Shown here: positions 19,001 to 27,897 of the stretch, in pieces
Layout: each line of letters begins with the position of its first letter
How positions within the stretch are numbered: position 1 is the stretch's first letter
Sequence record: SRR31156797_6660
Length of the DNA: 44,755 bases
Strand: one strand, 5' to 3'
Translations under genes and position numbers: made by a program
The notes under the pieces: model-generated
Told to the model about the DNA's origin: nothing
The model's database searches: none
The model's input: only the letters and a program-made list of their open reading frames with translations

Positions 19001-20172
19001 AAAGATATCGCAATGATGGCAATGGGGAGTTTGTAGAGGAAGAGATATTGGGGTCACTAAAAATAGAGCATGGCGAAGCACGCTGGGGTGATTATGATAA
19101 TGATGAAGACCTTGATATCTTGGTTGCAGGTCTGATACAGGAGCCCGACAGCCTTTATCCGGCGATGTCATTGCGTGTATATCAAAATGACAATGGAATA
19201 TATTCTCCGTTGGAAGTTATAGACTGTATCCCATGTGAAGGATGGTTTGATATCACAGCAGCCACATGGGCCGATTATGATTCTGACGGAGATATGGACA
19301 TTTTGGTGGCGGGCAATTACAATTCGGGAACACAGATTGAAGGCCGCGCCAGGATTTACACAAACGAGGGAAACGGCATTTTTAGCGACTCAGGCAATGA
19401 ACTGCCGGCCCCCAGAGCCAGCGGGTCGCGAGGTGGCACCTTTTCCTGGCTTGATATTGACGGTGAGGGAGATCTGGACTATTTTATTGCCGGACAATAT
19501 TTTGTACCCGGAGGAAACGGTTTGGTTGAAGCCCAGATGCACCTGTATATAAATGATACCGACAACCCTAACCAGCCGCCTTCAGCACCCGGAGGCCTTC
19601 AGGTTTCTTACCCACAAGATAATTCTGTTATGTTAAACTGGTTGCCATCAGAGGATGACCATACCCCTTCTGTTGCTCTAACATATAATCTTGAACTTTA
19701 TCAAGATGATATTCCTGTTTCGATCCCGACATTCACACCTAAGCCCGGAAATGTAAGTACCCTGAATGAATGGTTAATATCAGGTCTCTCACAAGGAACC
19801 TATAAATGGTTGATCCGTGCGGTTGATGCTTCATTCACGAGTAGTACGGTTTCAGAAGGTGAATTTGTCATCGGCATGGTTTCTACCGGAGATGATTTGA
19901 TAAATACAGCGGATGAGTTCACAATGGAGCAAAACTATCCAAATCCTTTTAGTGAAAGTACGATAATAGAATTTTCATTACCATCAAAGTCAAAAGTGTC
20001 ATTCACTGTATTCAATGTGATGGGTGAGGAAATATTGAGTTTTAAGGAAGACAGGCCTTCAGGGAATAATCGATTTTTATTTAATGCTGAGAACATTCCG
20101 GGTGGAATCTACTATTACCGGTTACAGGCAGGAAACAGGGCATCTACAAAAAAAATGATCATAAGCAAATGA
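16051..20172 (+). CDS. Large T9SS-secreted protein: YCF48/BNR (Asp-box) propellers, PKD, FG-GAP/VCBS repeats, FN3-like domain, type A sorting domain
   Basis: Many S/T-x-D-G-G-x-T/S-W Asp-boxes; PKD motif SWEWDFGD; repeated WADYDNDGDLDIL units; NQPPSAPGGL FN3-like start; C-terminal QNYPNPF...GIYYYRL...KKMIISK. Confidence 0.88.
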   Translation: MSKIFTSQKCNNTNSQICQRSFFVLVFLFIAAGLAAQWNTQSPYPTYLDVRGVGAPNEERVFIATNDNSFDDSGALFESNDGGETWVQRDIPFSLNNPLNGLFFLDNLHGWTYGNENYRTSNGGTTWTEMPFLGSTYFMEFYSTDFGLATGNFGKYVSYDGGDSWVESPFGIFKYNFVDELNGLGASDTALFRTTDGGNNFTQVYTGNAKTVTFLSNTKAVAIVDDTLFFSVDGGYTWAPSTGAEGRNRLFRISDNIVLAWGRGGSYPDFDDRVFRSEDGGQSWTDMGEISTAGVFTFTQVTGTTAVAAMLNGDMYYSADAGSGWALSYDSPGIQPGYLSSAAPAFADDSTGYFGYGAGFVIKTADGGASWNQISGGSGVSLMDADRFSTGNLIAVGENGTVLTKTETSPWIIRESQTHERLTAVQVIGIDSVVMISESGQLFFSQDGGVNWSESGEPPNNFYDATDLQFANFQEGWVIGFGGSSGALYHTVDGGESWTVVPDFSGAYNAVDVEGSMVWAANVGGNYYMSDDQGVNWTEGDLPGSPHQIQDMEFYNESTGYAVGWWGQVFRSVDGGLNWDQMYVPADDDDFTDIYLTGENEIWLSTNNDRVYYSATGGQNWSVLDIGSAGYGNFSAVVASEDGDAWTVGFLGYIEHFSGPPTPPLNNPPTAFFEFSTVGLTVEFTDTSYDDDGEIVSWEWDFGDSTFSSTQHPVHTFDTANTYIVTLTVTDDDQDTDSYSRAVVVQPGPGGTFGDFTEVTPLDSLFVTPQDEDFWVISTAPADVDNDGDLDIAVLGYYVVYNVSVHEKLVVLRNEGQAATGAWDFTYINVPMDTLSAGASDMEWGDLDADGDLDLVVGTNGETVIFRNDAGSFENTGTILPGYYEDNDQAEFDLRSISLADYDNDGDPDILLPSVFDNETWSYRTSLMRNDGSDGNGGWIFTETDSVFAPTKHAQSEWADFDGDMDLDLLLVNMSPLTDDGFIKRYRNDGNGEFVEEEILGSLKIEHGEARWGDYDNDEDLDILVAGLIQEPDSLYPAMSLRVYQNDNGIYSPLEVIDCIPCEGWFDITAATWADYDSDGDMDILVAGNYNSGTQIEGRARIYTNEGNGIFSDSGNELPAPRASGSRGGTFSWLDIDGEGDLDYFIAGQYFVPGGNGLVEAQMHLYINDTDNPNQPPSAPGGLQVSYPQDNSVMLNWLPSEDDHTPSVALTYNLELYQDDIPVSIPTFTPKPGNVSTLNEWLISGLSQGTYKWLIRAVDASFTSSTVSEGEFVIGMVSTGDDLINTADEFTMEQNYPNPFSESTIIEFSLPSKSKVSFTVFNVMGEEILSFKEDRPSGNNRFLFNAENIPGGIYYYRLQAGNRASTKKMIISK

Positions 20173-20220
20173 TTCCGAATAACAGAAATATTCTCGCCTT
20201 AATCGGGGTGAGTAAAATTC

Positions 20221-20249
20221 AACGGCAGGCATCTTACCTGCCGTTTTTT
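20221..20249 (+). terminator. Rho-independent terminator
   Basis: AACGGCAGG-CATCTTA-CCTGCCGTT followed by TTTT. Confidence 0.85.
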
Positions 20250-20379
20250 GTTTGATCATGACCGTCAGAATCAGTCCGATTTAACAGTTGGATAGCATCT
20301 TTTATCATGCCAATGAGTTTTTAGGGTTAAATTCACATTAACAATCCACTTTCCGTGGGTATTTACCCTTCATATTTTT

Positions 20380-20387
20380 TACATTTG
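20380..20387 (+). promoter_or_regulatory. -7 promoter box for valS
   Basis: TACATTTG 37 nt upstream of the ATG. Confidence 0.6.
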
Positions 20388-20424
20388 CAACCTTTTTCAA
20401 ATTCTAGCAAAATAACTTGTAACT

Positions 20425-23061
20425 ATGGAGATTCCATCAAAATACGATCCTTCCTTAACCGAAGACAAGTGGTACAAACACTGGATGGATAATGGCTATT
20501 TCAAATCTGAGCCTGATGACCGCGAACCTTACTGCATTGTAATCCCGCCACCTAACGTAACCGGCGTTTTACATATGGGGCATATTCTCAATAACACACT
20601 TCAGGATGTGCTGGTGCGCCGCGCCAGGATGCAGGGCAAAAATGCACTTTGGCTGCCGGGAACAGACCATGCTTCCATCGCCACAGAGGCCAAGGTAGTA
20701 GCCAAACTCAAAGATGAAGGAATCGACAAATCAAACCTTTCCCGTGATGAATTTCTGGATCACGCATGGGAATGGAAAGAAAAACACGGTGGAATCATCC
20801 TGGAACAACTTAAAAAATTAGGGGCTTCGTGCGACTGGGACCGAACCAAATTCACCATGGATGAAAGCATGTACGAGTCGGTGATCGACACTTTCATCGA
20901 TTTGTATAACAAAGGATTGATCTACCGCGGAATCCGCATGGTAAACTGGGATCCAAAAGCGCTTACAGCACTTTCTGATGAAGAGGTGATTTATAAAGAG
21001 GAAGATTCAAAGCTTTACTATGTAAGATACCAGATTGAAGGGGAAAAAGGCCAGTGGGTAACCATCGCAACCACCCGCCCTGAAACCATTTTGGGTGATA
21101 CTGCTGTTTGTATTAACCCCAAAGATGAAAGATTCAAAAATCTCCATGGAAAAAATGTGATTGTTCCGCTGGTAAATCGTGCCGTTCCGATTATTGAAGA
21201 TGAATACGTGGATATGGAATTCGGTACTGGCTGCCTTAAAATCACTCCGGCTCACGACATCAATGACTATGAAATTGGTATCCGTCACAAGTTGGATACC
21301 ATCGACATTTTTAACGACGACGGAACCCTGAGTAAAGAAGCTGAATTGTATATCGGCAAAGATCGCGATGAGGTAAGAAAAGAAATCGTGAAAGACCTCG
21401 ATTCAGCCGGAAACATGGTTAGAATTGAGGACTACAAAAACAAAGTTGGATACTCTGAGCGCACGCATGTAGCCATCGAACCGAAGCTTTCGTTGCAGTG
21501 GTTCCTGAAAATGCCTGAATTAGCGAAACCTGCACTGGAAGTTGTTGAAAATGATACGATTCAGTTTCATCCCAAAAAATTCAAAAATACCTATCGCCAC
21601 TGGATGGAGAACGTCCGCGACTGGTGTATTTCGCGACAGCTCTGGTGGGGACAGCGCATTCCGGTATATTACCTGCCAAACAAGGAAATGGTGGTGGCAA
21701 AATCGCTTGAAGAAGCTTACAACAAAGCCCTGTCCGAATATCCTGAATTGAAGGATCTGAAAAAGGAAGATTTGAAACAAGACGAAGATGTACTGGATAC
21801 CTGGTTCTCTTCATGGTTGTGGCCGATCTCTGTTTTTGACGGCATCCGTAATCCGGACAATCCGGACATCAAATATTATTATCCAACCAACGATCTGATC
21901 ACCGCTCCTGAGATCCTTTTCTTTTGGGTAGCGCGGATGATCATGGCCGGACTTGAATACCGGGGTGATATACCATTTAAAAACGTTTACCTGACCGGGA
22001 TTGTTCGTGATGCACAGGGACGTAAAATGTCAAAGTCACTGGGGAACTCTCCGGACCCGATTGAGCTGATGAAAAAATTTGGTGCCGACGGAGCACGGGT
22101 AGGCATGCTTCTCACCTCCCCCGCCGGTAACGACCTGCCATTCGATGAAACGCTTTGCGAACAAGGCCGGAATTTCTCCAACAAAATCTGGAATGCTTTA
22201 CGTCTGGTGAATATGTGGGAAGTGGATGAAAATATCGAACAACCTGAAACAAGTAAGGTAGCAACGGAGTGGTTTGATGCCAGGCTCAACGAAACGTTAA
22301 AAGAAATTGATGATCTGTATTCAAAATACAGAATTTCAGAAGCGTTGATGGCAACCTATAAGCTCATTTGGGATGATTTCTGTTCGTGGTATTTGGAGAT
22401 GATCAAGCCAGCTTACCAAAAGCCCATCGACCAAAAAACGCTTAACCATACTATAGCGCTTTTCGAAAACCTGATGAAAATTCTGCATCCGTTTATGCCA
22501 TTCCTTACAGAAGAGATCTGGCATATACTCAAAAAGCGTGAGGCTGGCGACGACATCATGCTTGCATCATGGCCTGAACAAAAAGAATCAGACCAACACA
22601 CACTCAACAAATTCAACTTCGCCAAAGAGGTGATTATTGCTGTAAGGGGTGTACGAGCCGGTAAAAATATTCCTCAAAAGGAGCAACTGGATTTCTTTGT
22701 AAAGAAAAATCACGACGAAAAACCGGATACCCAATTTGATGGCCTGGTATCAAAACTATGTAACCTTTCAGGGGTACAATACACCACAGAAAAAGTAGAT
22801 GGTGCCAATTCGTTTGTGATTAAATCAACAGAATTTTTTATCCCGCTTGGCGATACTGTGGATGTTGAAGCAGAGGTCAAAAAACTTGAAGACGAACTGA
22901 AATACACACAAGGATTTCTGAAATCAGTTACTAAAAAGCTCTCCAACGAACGTTTTGTAAACAATGCTCCGGCAGCGGTTGTGGAAAAAGAAAAACAAAA
23001 GCAGGCCGACGCTGAAAACAAGATTAAAGTTTTAGAAGAACAAATAAATAACTTGAAATAA
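20425..23061 (+). CDS. valS: Valine--tRNA ligase
   Basis: [45 protein letters not shown] and a C-terminal coiled coil ([11 protein letters not shown]). Confidence 0.99.
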   Translation: MEIPSKYDPSLTEDKWYKHWMDNGYFKSEPDDREPYCIVIPPPNVTGVLHMGHILNNTLQDVLVRRARMQGKNALWLPGTDHASIATEAKVVAKLKDEGIDKSNLSRDEFLDHAWEWKEKHGGIILEQLKKLGASCDWDRTKFTMDESMYESVIDTFIDLYNKGLIYRGIRMVNWDPKALTALSDEEVIYKEEDSKLYYVRYQIEGEKGQWVTIATTRPETILGDTAVCINPKDERFKNLHGKNVIVPLVNRAVPIIEDEYVDMEFGTGCLKITPAHDINDYEIGIRHKLDTIDIFNDDGTLSKEAELYIGKDRDEVRKEIVKDLDSAGNMVRIEDYKNKVGYSERTHVAIEPKLSLQWFLKMPELAKPALEVVENDTIQFHPKKFKNTYRHWMENVRDWCISRQLWWGQRIPVYYLPNKEMVVAKSLEEAYNKALSEYPELKDLKKEDLKQDEDVLDTWFSSWLWPISVFDGIRNPDNPDIKYYYPTNDLITAPEILFFWVARMIMAGLEYRGDIPFKNVYLTGIVRDAQGRKMSKSLGNSPDPIELMKKFGADGARVGMLLTSPAGNDLPFDETLCEQGRNFSNKIWNALRLVNMWEVDENIEQPETSKVATEWFDARLNETLKEIDDLYSKYRISEALMATYKLIWDDFCSWYLEMIKPAYQKPIDQKTLNHTIALFENLMKILHPFMPFLTEEIWHILKKREAGDDIMLASWPEQKESDQHTLNKFNFAKEVIIAVRGVRAGKNIPQKEQLDFFVKKNHDEKPDTQFDGLVSKLCNLSGVQYTTEKVDGANSFVIKSTEFFIPLGDTVDVEAEVKKLEDELKYTQGFLKSVTKKLSNERFVNNAPAAVVEKEKQKQADAENKIKVLEEQINNLK

Positions 23062-23074
23062 TACATAGAACACC

Positions 23075-24310
23075 ATGAAGAATGCTATAGCAATTCTCGC
23101 CGGCGGTGGTCCGGCACCTGGAATCAATACTGTAATCGGAACCATTGCAAAGGTTTTCCTGCAAAGCGGTTATCGCGTAATCGGACTGCACGAAGGTTAT
23201 AAAAGCCTGTTTGCCGAAAACCCAAAAATGGAAGATATCGATTTTGAGCAGGCTGATAAAATCCATAAAATGGGCGGATCAGCGCTGCAGATGAGCCGTT
23301 ACAAACCAAAAGACGAAGAGTTTAAAGCAGATTTCTTCATAAAGAATAATGTGAAACTTCTGGTTACTATTGGTGGTGATGATACGGCTTCAACAGCCAA
23401 CAGGATTTCCAAATACCTGGCTCAAAATGATGTGAAGCTGCAAAACATTCACGTTCCCAAAACCATCGATAATGACCTGCCGCTGCCGGAAGGTTCACAA
23501 ACTTTCGGCTATGAATCAGCCAAACAGGAGGGCGTGCGCATTGCACAAACTGTTTACGAGGATGCCCGCACTTCAGGCAACTGGTTTGTGGTAGCTGCCA
23601 TGGGGCGTGAGGCCGGCCACCTGGCATTTGGTATCGGAGCAGCCTGTCACTACCCGATGATCATTATTCCTGAGATGTTCAACAAAACAGACATTACCAT
23701 TCGAAAAATTGTTTTGCTGATCATCTCCGCTATGCTCAAGCGCAAGCTTTTGGGGATTTCTTATGGTGGCGTTATGATCTCTGAAGGTGTTTTCCACTTC
23801 ATGTCGGATGCTGAGATTGAGTCAACCGGAATTAATTTTACTTACGACGAACACGGACACCCGGAATTGGGTAATGTAAGTAAAGCACACATCTTCAACA
23901 TTCTTGTGCAGCGCGAACTCAAACGCTTGGGAATTAAAATTAAAAGCCGCCCGGTAGAACTTGGTTATGAACTCCGCTGTGTTCAGCCCTCTGGTTATGA
24001 CCTGGTTTACTGCGCACTCCTGGGAATGGGCGTTAAAAAACTTTACGATCAGGGTATTACAGGCTGTATGGTAACGGCAGATCAGAAAGGCGACATCACA
24101 CCACTGTACCTTAAAGATGTTGAAGACGAACATGGTAAAGTGAAACCACGACTTGTAAATATCAATTCAGAGAAAGCACGAATGGTTTATGGTTTTAACC
24201 ACCAGTATATCACCGATGAAGATTATGAAGCTGCCCAAGAAATCGTGGATAGCCCCGAAGAATTTGACTTCTATAAGATCCTGAACTGGGAGAAGATTCA
24301 GGTTATATAG
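23075..24310 (+). CDS. Phosphofructokinase family protein, probably pyrophosphate-dependent
   Basis: GGGPAPGIN, IGGDDT, VPKTIDND, MGREAGHLA and LGYELRC. GGDD plus PKTIDND is the PPi-type signature. Confidence 0.88.
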   Translation: MKNAIAILAGGGPAPGINTVIGTIAKVFLQSGYRVIGLHEGYKSLFAENPKMEDIDFEQADKIHKMGGSALQMSRYKPKDEEFKADFFIKNNVKLLVTIGGDDTASTANRISKYLAQNDVKLQNIHVPKTIDNDLPLPEGSQTFGYESAKQEGVRIAQTVYEDARTSGNWFVVAAMGREAGHLAFGIGAACHYPMIIIPEMFNKTDITIRKIVLLIISAMLKRKLLGISYGGVMISEGVFHFMSDAEIESTGINFTYDEHGHPELGNVSKAHIFNILVQRELKRLGIKIKSRPVELGYELRCVQPSGYDLVYCALLGMGVKKLYDQGITGCMVTADQKGDITPLYLKDVEDEHGKVKPRLVNINSEKARMVYGFNHQYITDEDYEAAQEIVDSPEEFDFYKILNWEKIQVI

Positions 24311-24335
24311 GACGCTCCCTTTTGTATAAAATTTT

Positions 24336-24366
24336 AATCCCCGGCTTTGATGAAGTCGGGGATTTT
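24336..24366. terminator. Hairpin terminator between the convergent PFK and 96-aa genes
   Basis: AATCCCCGGCTT-TGATG-AAGTCGGGGATT followed by a T-rich tract on the plus strand. Confidence 0.75.
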
Positions 24367-24408
24367 ATTTATAAATTGGATTTAAGCAATATTATTTCCT
24401 CATCAGTA

Positions 24409-24699
24409 CTATAAATATCTAAGAATCAAGTAAATCATCACAATGGCTGCTAAACCAAAGAAGGAAGATATCACAATCAATTTTAAACGTTCCTTCCTTC
24501 GCTCTTTTTTAAGCTCCAGTTTAAATTGCTCCAGTTCTTCCTTTGATATTTTTTGATGATCATCAAGTTTTTCCGTGGCACTAACTTTCTCCTTAAGCTT
24601 CTCAAAAACCTCCCGGCGTTTTTGGCGGTTTTTTGATAGCAAGGCCCGGTTGTCGCGTAAACTTGCAATCATTCCGGATATGGCTCCTTCACCTCCCAT
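24409..24699 (-). CDS. Small hypothetical protein with charged coiled coil and C-terminal TM helix
   Basis: 96-aa ORF starting MGGEGAISGMIASLRDNR, with a Lys/Glu-rich middle and hydrophobic tail LIVISSFFGLAAIVMIYLIL. Confidence 0.75.
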   Translation of the reverse strand: MGGEGAISGMIASLRDNRALLSKNRQKRREVFEKLKEKVSATEKLDDHQKISKEELEQFKLELKKERRKERLKLIVISSFFGLAAIVMIYLILRYL

Positions 24700-24718
24700 T
24701 TTTTAGTATTTTAATTCG

Positions 24719-24778
24719 TCAGACAAACCGCTCCTTCACTTTGTCAGCAATCACTTTCGAAAGTTTGAAATGTGATTC
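24719..24778 (-). pseudogene. Orphan relic copy of the 3' end of the 2-hydroxyacid dehydrogenase gene
   Basis: Minus strand translates as ESHFKLSKVIADKVKERFV*, versus ESHYKLSKVIADKVKGMFGGKI* in the intact gene. 24724-24778 and 25607-25661 share 46 of 55 nt without gaps. Confidence 0.85.
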
Positions 24779-24826
24779 CTCAATTCATTAGCAAAAATCA
24801 ATTGGACATCAAGATTAAGCCTCTTA

Positions 24827-25204
24827 CTATCGAGTCTTAGTGGTCAACTGATAATCCTTTATCAATAATGCCGCTGATAAGTTAAGCCGGGAAGTAAGGT
24901 TCCGGATCATATCAACAGTAAGTCTGCGCTTTCGGTTCAGTATTTCTGACACCCGACTCTTCCCTCCGATTTCAGGAATCAGGTCAACCTGCTTCAAATT
25001 CAATTCTTCCATCCTGATTTTAATGGCTTCGATCGGATCCGGTGCTTCTATCGGAAAATGGCGGTTTTCGTACTCATCAATCATCAACCCCAGGATATCT
25101 ACCTCATCACTTTCGGGTGTTCCTGAAGGTGCATCAAATAACTCTTCCAGCCTACTTAATGCATTTTGGTAGTCGGTTTCAGTTTTTATCGGTTTTAAAT
25201 TCAT
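24827..25204 (-). CDS. higA: HigA-type antitoxin (HTH transcriptional regulator)
   Basis: KPIKTETDYQNAL, LIDEYE-like motif, PDPIEAIKIRME and HTH GGKSRVSEILNRKRRLT. An alternative start lies at 25210. Confidence 0.9.
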   Translation of the reverse strand: MNLKPIKTETDYQNALSRLEELFDAPSGTPESDEVDILGLMIDEYENRHFPIEAPDPIEAIKIRMEELNLKQVDLIPEIGGKSRVSEILNRKRRLTVDMIRNLTSRLNLSAALLIKDYQLTTKTR

Positions 25205-25215
25205 GGTCATTAAGG

Positions 25216-25512
25216 TTAAATACTATCTGCATCAATTTTATCATATTCTGAATGTGTGCCAATAAATCGGATAAATGCCCATTGCTTTTGATAATTAAAC
25301 TTAACAATTAGCCGGTATCTGTTACCTTTAATATTAAAAACAACCCTGCTATCCTTAAGAATGCTTACGGTTGCATAACTTCGCTTTATATCAACTGGAT
25401 TTTCCCAAACAGCATTCATGGCAGTTTCGTACCAGGTCTTCAGATATTGCTCCGAATCAGGATGTTGTTCCCAAAATGCGCGTAATGTACCTTTGGCAAA
25501 TATCCGTTTCAT
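25216..25512 (-). CDS. higB: HigB-type toxin (RelE-fold mRNA interferase)
   Basis: LRAFWEQHPDSEQYLKTWY, RVVFNIKGNRYRLIV and IRFIGTHSEYDKID; toxin-first gene order. Confidence 0.92.
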   Translation of the reverse strand: MKRIFAKGTLRAFWEQHPDSEQYLKTWYETAMNAVWENPVDIKRSYATVSILKDSRVVFNIKGNRYRLIVKFNYQKQWAFIRFIGTHSEYDKIDADSI

Positions 25513-25529
25513 AAATTATAAACAATTAG

Positions 25530-25560
25530 CAAAGATATTAATAAATTCCCAAATTGCGAA
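25530..25560 (-). promoter_or_regulatory. higBA promoter (-7 box) and candidate HigA operator palindrome
   Basis: TATCTTTG on the minus strand at 25530-25537; imperfect palindrome TTCCCAA-A-TTGCGAA at 25546-25560. Confidence 0.6.
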
Positions 25561-25592
25561 CTCATCAACTAAAAAAATTTACTATTTTAGTT

Positions 25593-26549
25593 TTAAATTT
25601 TTCCCCCAAACATCCCCTTCACCTTATCAGCAATCACCTTCGAAAGTTTATAATGCGATTCGTGTGTCCAGCCTGCGATGTGCGGGGAAAGTACAACCTG
25701 GTCGGAGTTGATGAGAAACTGAAAATCTTCAGGTAAGCTGGATTTATCGATATCCTCGAAGGACATTTTTTCGTATTCCAGCACATCAAGCGCAGCTCCC
25801 AATACTTTTCCTGATTTCAAGTTTTTTACCAGGTCGGCAGTTTTCACCACCTTGCCCCGGGCAGTATTAATCAGGAAAATTGGTTTCTGAAATTTTTGGA
25901 GATAGGCATCATCTACCAAAAAGGTGGTTTCTTCGGTGAGCGGAAAGTGCAAACTCAAAATATCAGCCTCCCCAAAAATGGTTTCCATACCTGATTCTTC
26001 CACAAATTCGTCAGCGTAGCCGGTTTTGTATTTGTCGTAGGCAATCACACGGCAGTCAAAACCTTTGAGTCGCTGTGCAAAAGCGCCACCCATATTTCCA
26101 TATCCGATGATTGCAACGGTTTTACTTTTGATTTCCGTTCCCCGGTTTTCGGCACGCAGCCATATTCCTTCGCGCACTTCCCGATCAGCTTTTCTGAGTT
26201 TATTCATCAGCATCAGGAGCATACCGAGTGCCTGCTCACCTACAGCATCACGGTTGCCTTCCGGGGCATTCAGGCAGACAATCCCCAACGATTCAGCGTA
26301 ATCAACATCAATATTTTCCATGCCGGCCCCTACCCTGCCGATGAATTTCAGGCTGGTAGCTTTCGATAGAATGTGTTTGTCCAGTTTAATCTTACCACGG
26401 ATAATAATCCCAAAATAGTCATGGATGATTTTCTCGTAATCCTCCCTGCCATAGCCATCAAAATATTCACAGGTAAATCCATAGTGGGTTAAATCTTCCT
26501 CCAAAACCGGATGCATGGTATCGATAAATAGCACTTTTTTTTCTTTCAT
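25593..26549 (-). CDS. D-isomer-specific 2-hydroxyacid dehydrogenase (SerA-like, no ACT domain)
   Basis: RVGAGMENID, GNRDAVGE, Rossmann motif IIGYGNMG, INTARG, LDVLEYE and SPHIAG. Confidence 0.92.
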   Translation of the reverse strand: MKEKKVLFIDTMHPVLEEDLTHYGFTCEYFDGYGREDYEKIIHDYFGIIIRGKIKLDKHILSKATSLKFIGRVGAGMENIDVDYAESLGIVCLNAPEGNRDAVGEQALGMLLMLMNKLRKADREVREGIWLRAENRGTEIKSKTVAIIGYGNMGGAFAQRLKGFDCRVIAYDKYKTGYADEFVEESGMETIFGEADILSLHFPLTEETTFLVDDAYLQKFQKPIFLINTARGKVVKTADLVKNLKSGKVLGAALDVLEYEKMSFEDIDKSSLPEDFQFLINSDQVVLSPHIAGWTHESHYKLSKVIADKVKGMFGGKI

Positions 26550-26594
26550 CTCAAAAGGTTTTGGCTAAAATAATGGAATTAAAGTTTGTTGATT

Positions 26595-27791
26595 TTACTT
26601 CAAATCAACATTATCCAACACTTCAGCAATTTTTTTGGAGGCATCTTCCACCATGCGCATCCCGGCATAATGGAGCAATTGGCTATCGGTTGGAAAGTCT
26701 TTTTCTTTGGTTCCAATCAGCGCCTTAGATTCCTGACTCAAGGCATCCAGGTCACCTTTAAATTTTGCATACAGATGCTCAAATTTCGCCTCACCGGATA
26801 TTTGCCTGTAACTAATGGTTTTTTGGGTATTTCGATCGAAAATTTCCACCTCACCCAAAAGTTTCATCGACTTCACCTGCTTGTATTCAGTAACGTAACA
26901 CACCAGAGTTTCAAACCTGGGTATCTCAATTTTCCGCCCAGTACTATCCAACTCAAAACTTCCTGATTCATCCAACTGGTATGCAAGCCCATCCTGGATT
27001 TCAACTGATTCGGTGTAAGATAACTCACCTGTTTTTGCCGGGGAAATTTTTACATTGGTGAACCGTATTTCGGCATAGACCTTAAATTTTTCCTTTGTGG
27101 GCTTTTCGGAAACAAACCTGTATTTAGGCATGTCAAATTCAGAAAGATCGAGTCTTTTCAAATCTGTGCTCACACCAGGGGGTAAAGTTCCCGGAAATTC
27201 ATCTTCGATTACATAAAAAACCTTTACAGGGTTTAATGTATTGAACTGGCTTAATAACTTCTCAACATCTCTGAATCCGGGATAAACGGACTGGATATTT
27301 TGAAGGATATCGTAGGTTTCAGGATGTGCATCAAAGTTTCCGGATGACAATTGTTTTTGAGCAAGCGCATAATAATATGAAGCCGCCTTTTCACGGGCAT
27401 TTTCAATGTCAGGTGTAAAATCAGTTTGTGCAAATCCAATAGATGATAACACATCAGGCGGGAGGTTAGCTACTTTTTGCTGGCGCTCATTTAATCTTAC
27501 ATAAGCATCATAAATTTCATGCCATACATCAGGCTGACCGGAAGATTTGAGATTTTGAATATGATTCAAATCTTTTCTATTGGCCTGGTGATATGCCTGG
27601 TCGAGTTGCAGAATGGTATTGGTTGTTGGCTTTTTAAGGGCTTTTTCCATCAGCAAATCAATGGCATCATCGTAGTTTCCATTGTCGATCATTTTTTTTG
27701 ACTGGCTACACGAGGCAACAATCATTACCATTGCAAAAATGGCAATTGAGTTAACAAGCCTGTTTGAAGATAATGTTAGGATTATCGCCAT
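26595..27791 (-). CDS. Hypothetical lipoprotein with helical/TPR-like N-terminal half
   Basis: Lipobox-like MIVASC after a hydrophobic stretch; 398-aa ORF oriented with the dehydrogenase. The exact start is uncertain. Confidence 0.75.
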   Translation of the reverse strand: MAIILTLSSNRLVNSIAIFAMVMIVASCSQSKKMIDNGNYDDAIDLLMEKALKKPTTNTILQLDQAYHQANRKDLNHIQNLKSSGQPDVWHEIYDAYVRLNERQQKVANLPPDVLSSIGFAQTDFTPDIENAREKAASYYYALAQKQLSSGNFDAHPETYDILQNIQSVYPGFRDVEKLLSQFNTLNPVKVFYVIEDEFPGTLPPGVSTDLKRLDLSEFDMPKYRFVSEKPTKEKFKVYAEIRFTNVKISPAKTGELSYTESVEIQDGLAYQLDESGSFELDSTGRKIEIPRFETLVCYVTEYKQVKSMKLLGEVEIFDRNTQKTISYRQISGEAKFEHLYAKFKGDLDALSQESKALIGTKEKDFPTDSQLLHYAGMRMVEDASKKIAEVLDNVDLK

Positions 27792-27897
27792 TTTGAATTT
27801 AATTTTTGTGTTACCGATTTAAGTTATAATTTCGGGGCCTTTTGTTTGAAAATTAGACGTTTTAATTACAATTTTAGTACCAAATATTTGAGAAAGC

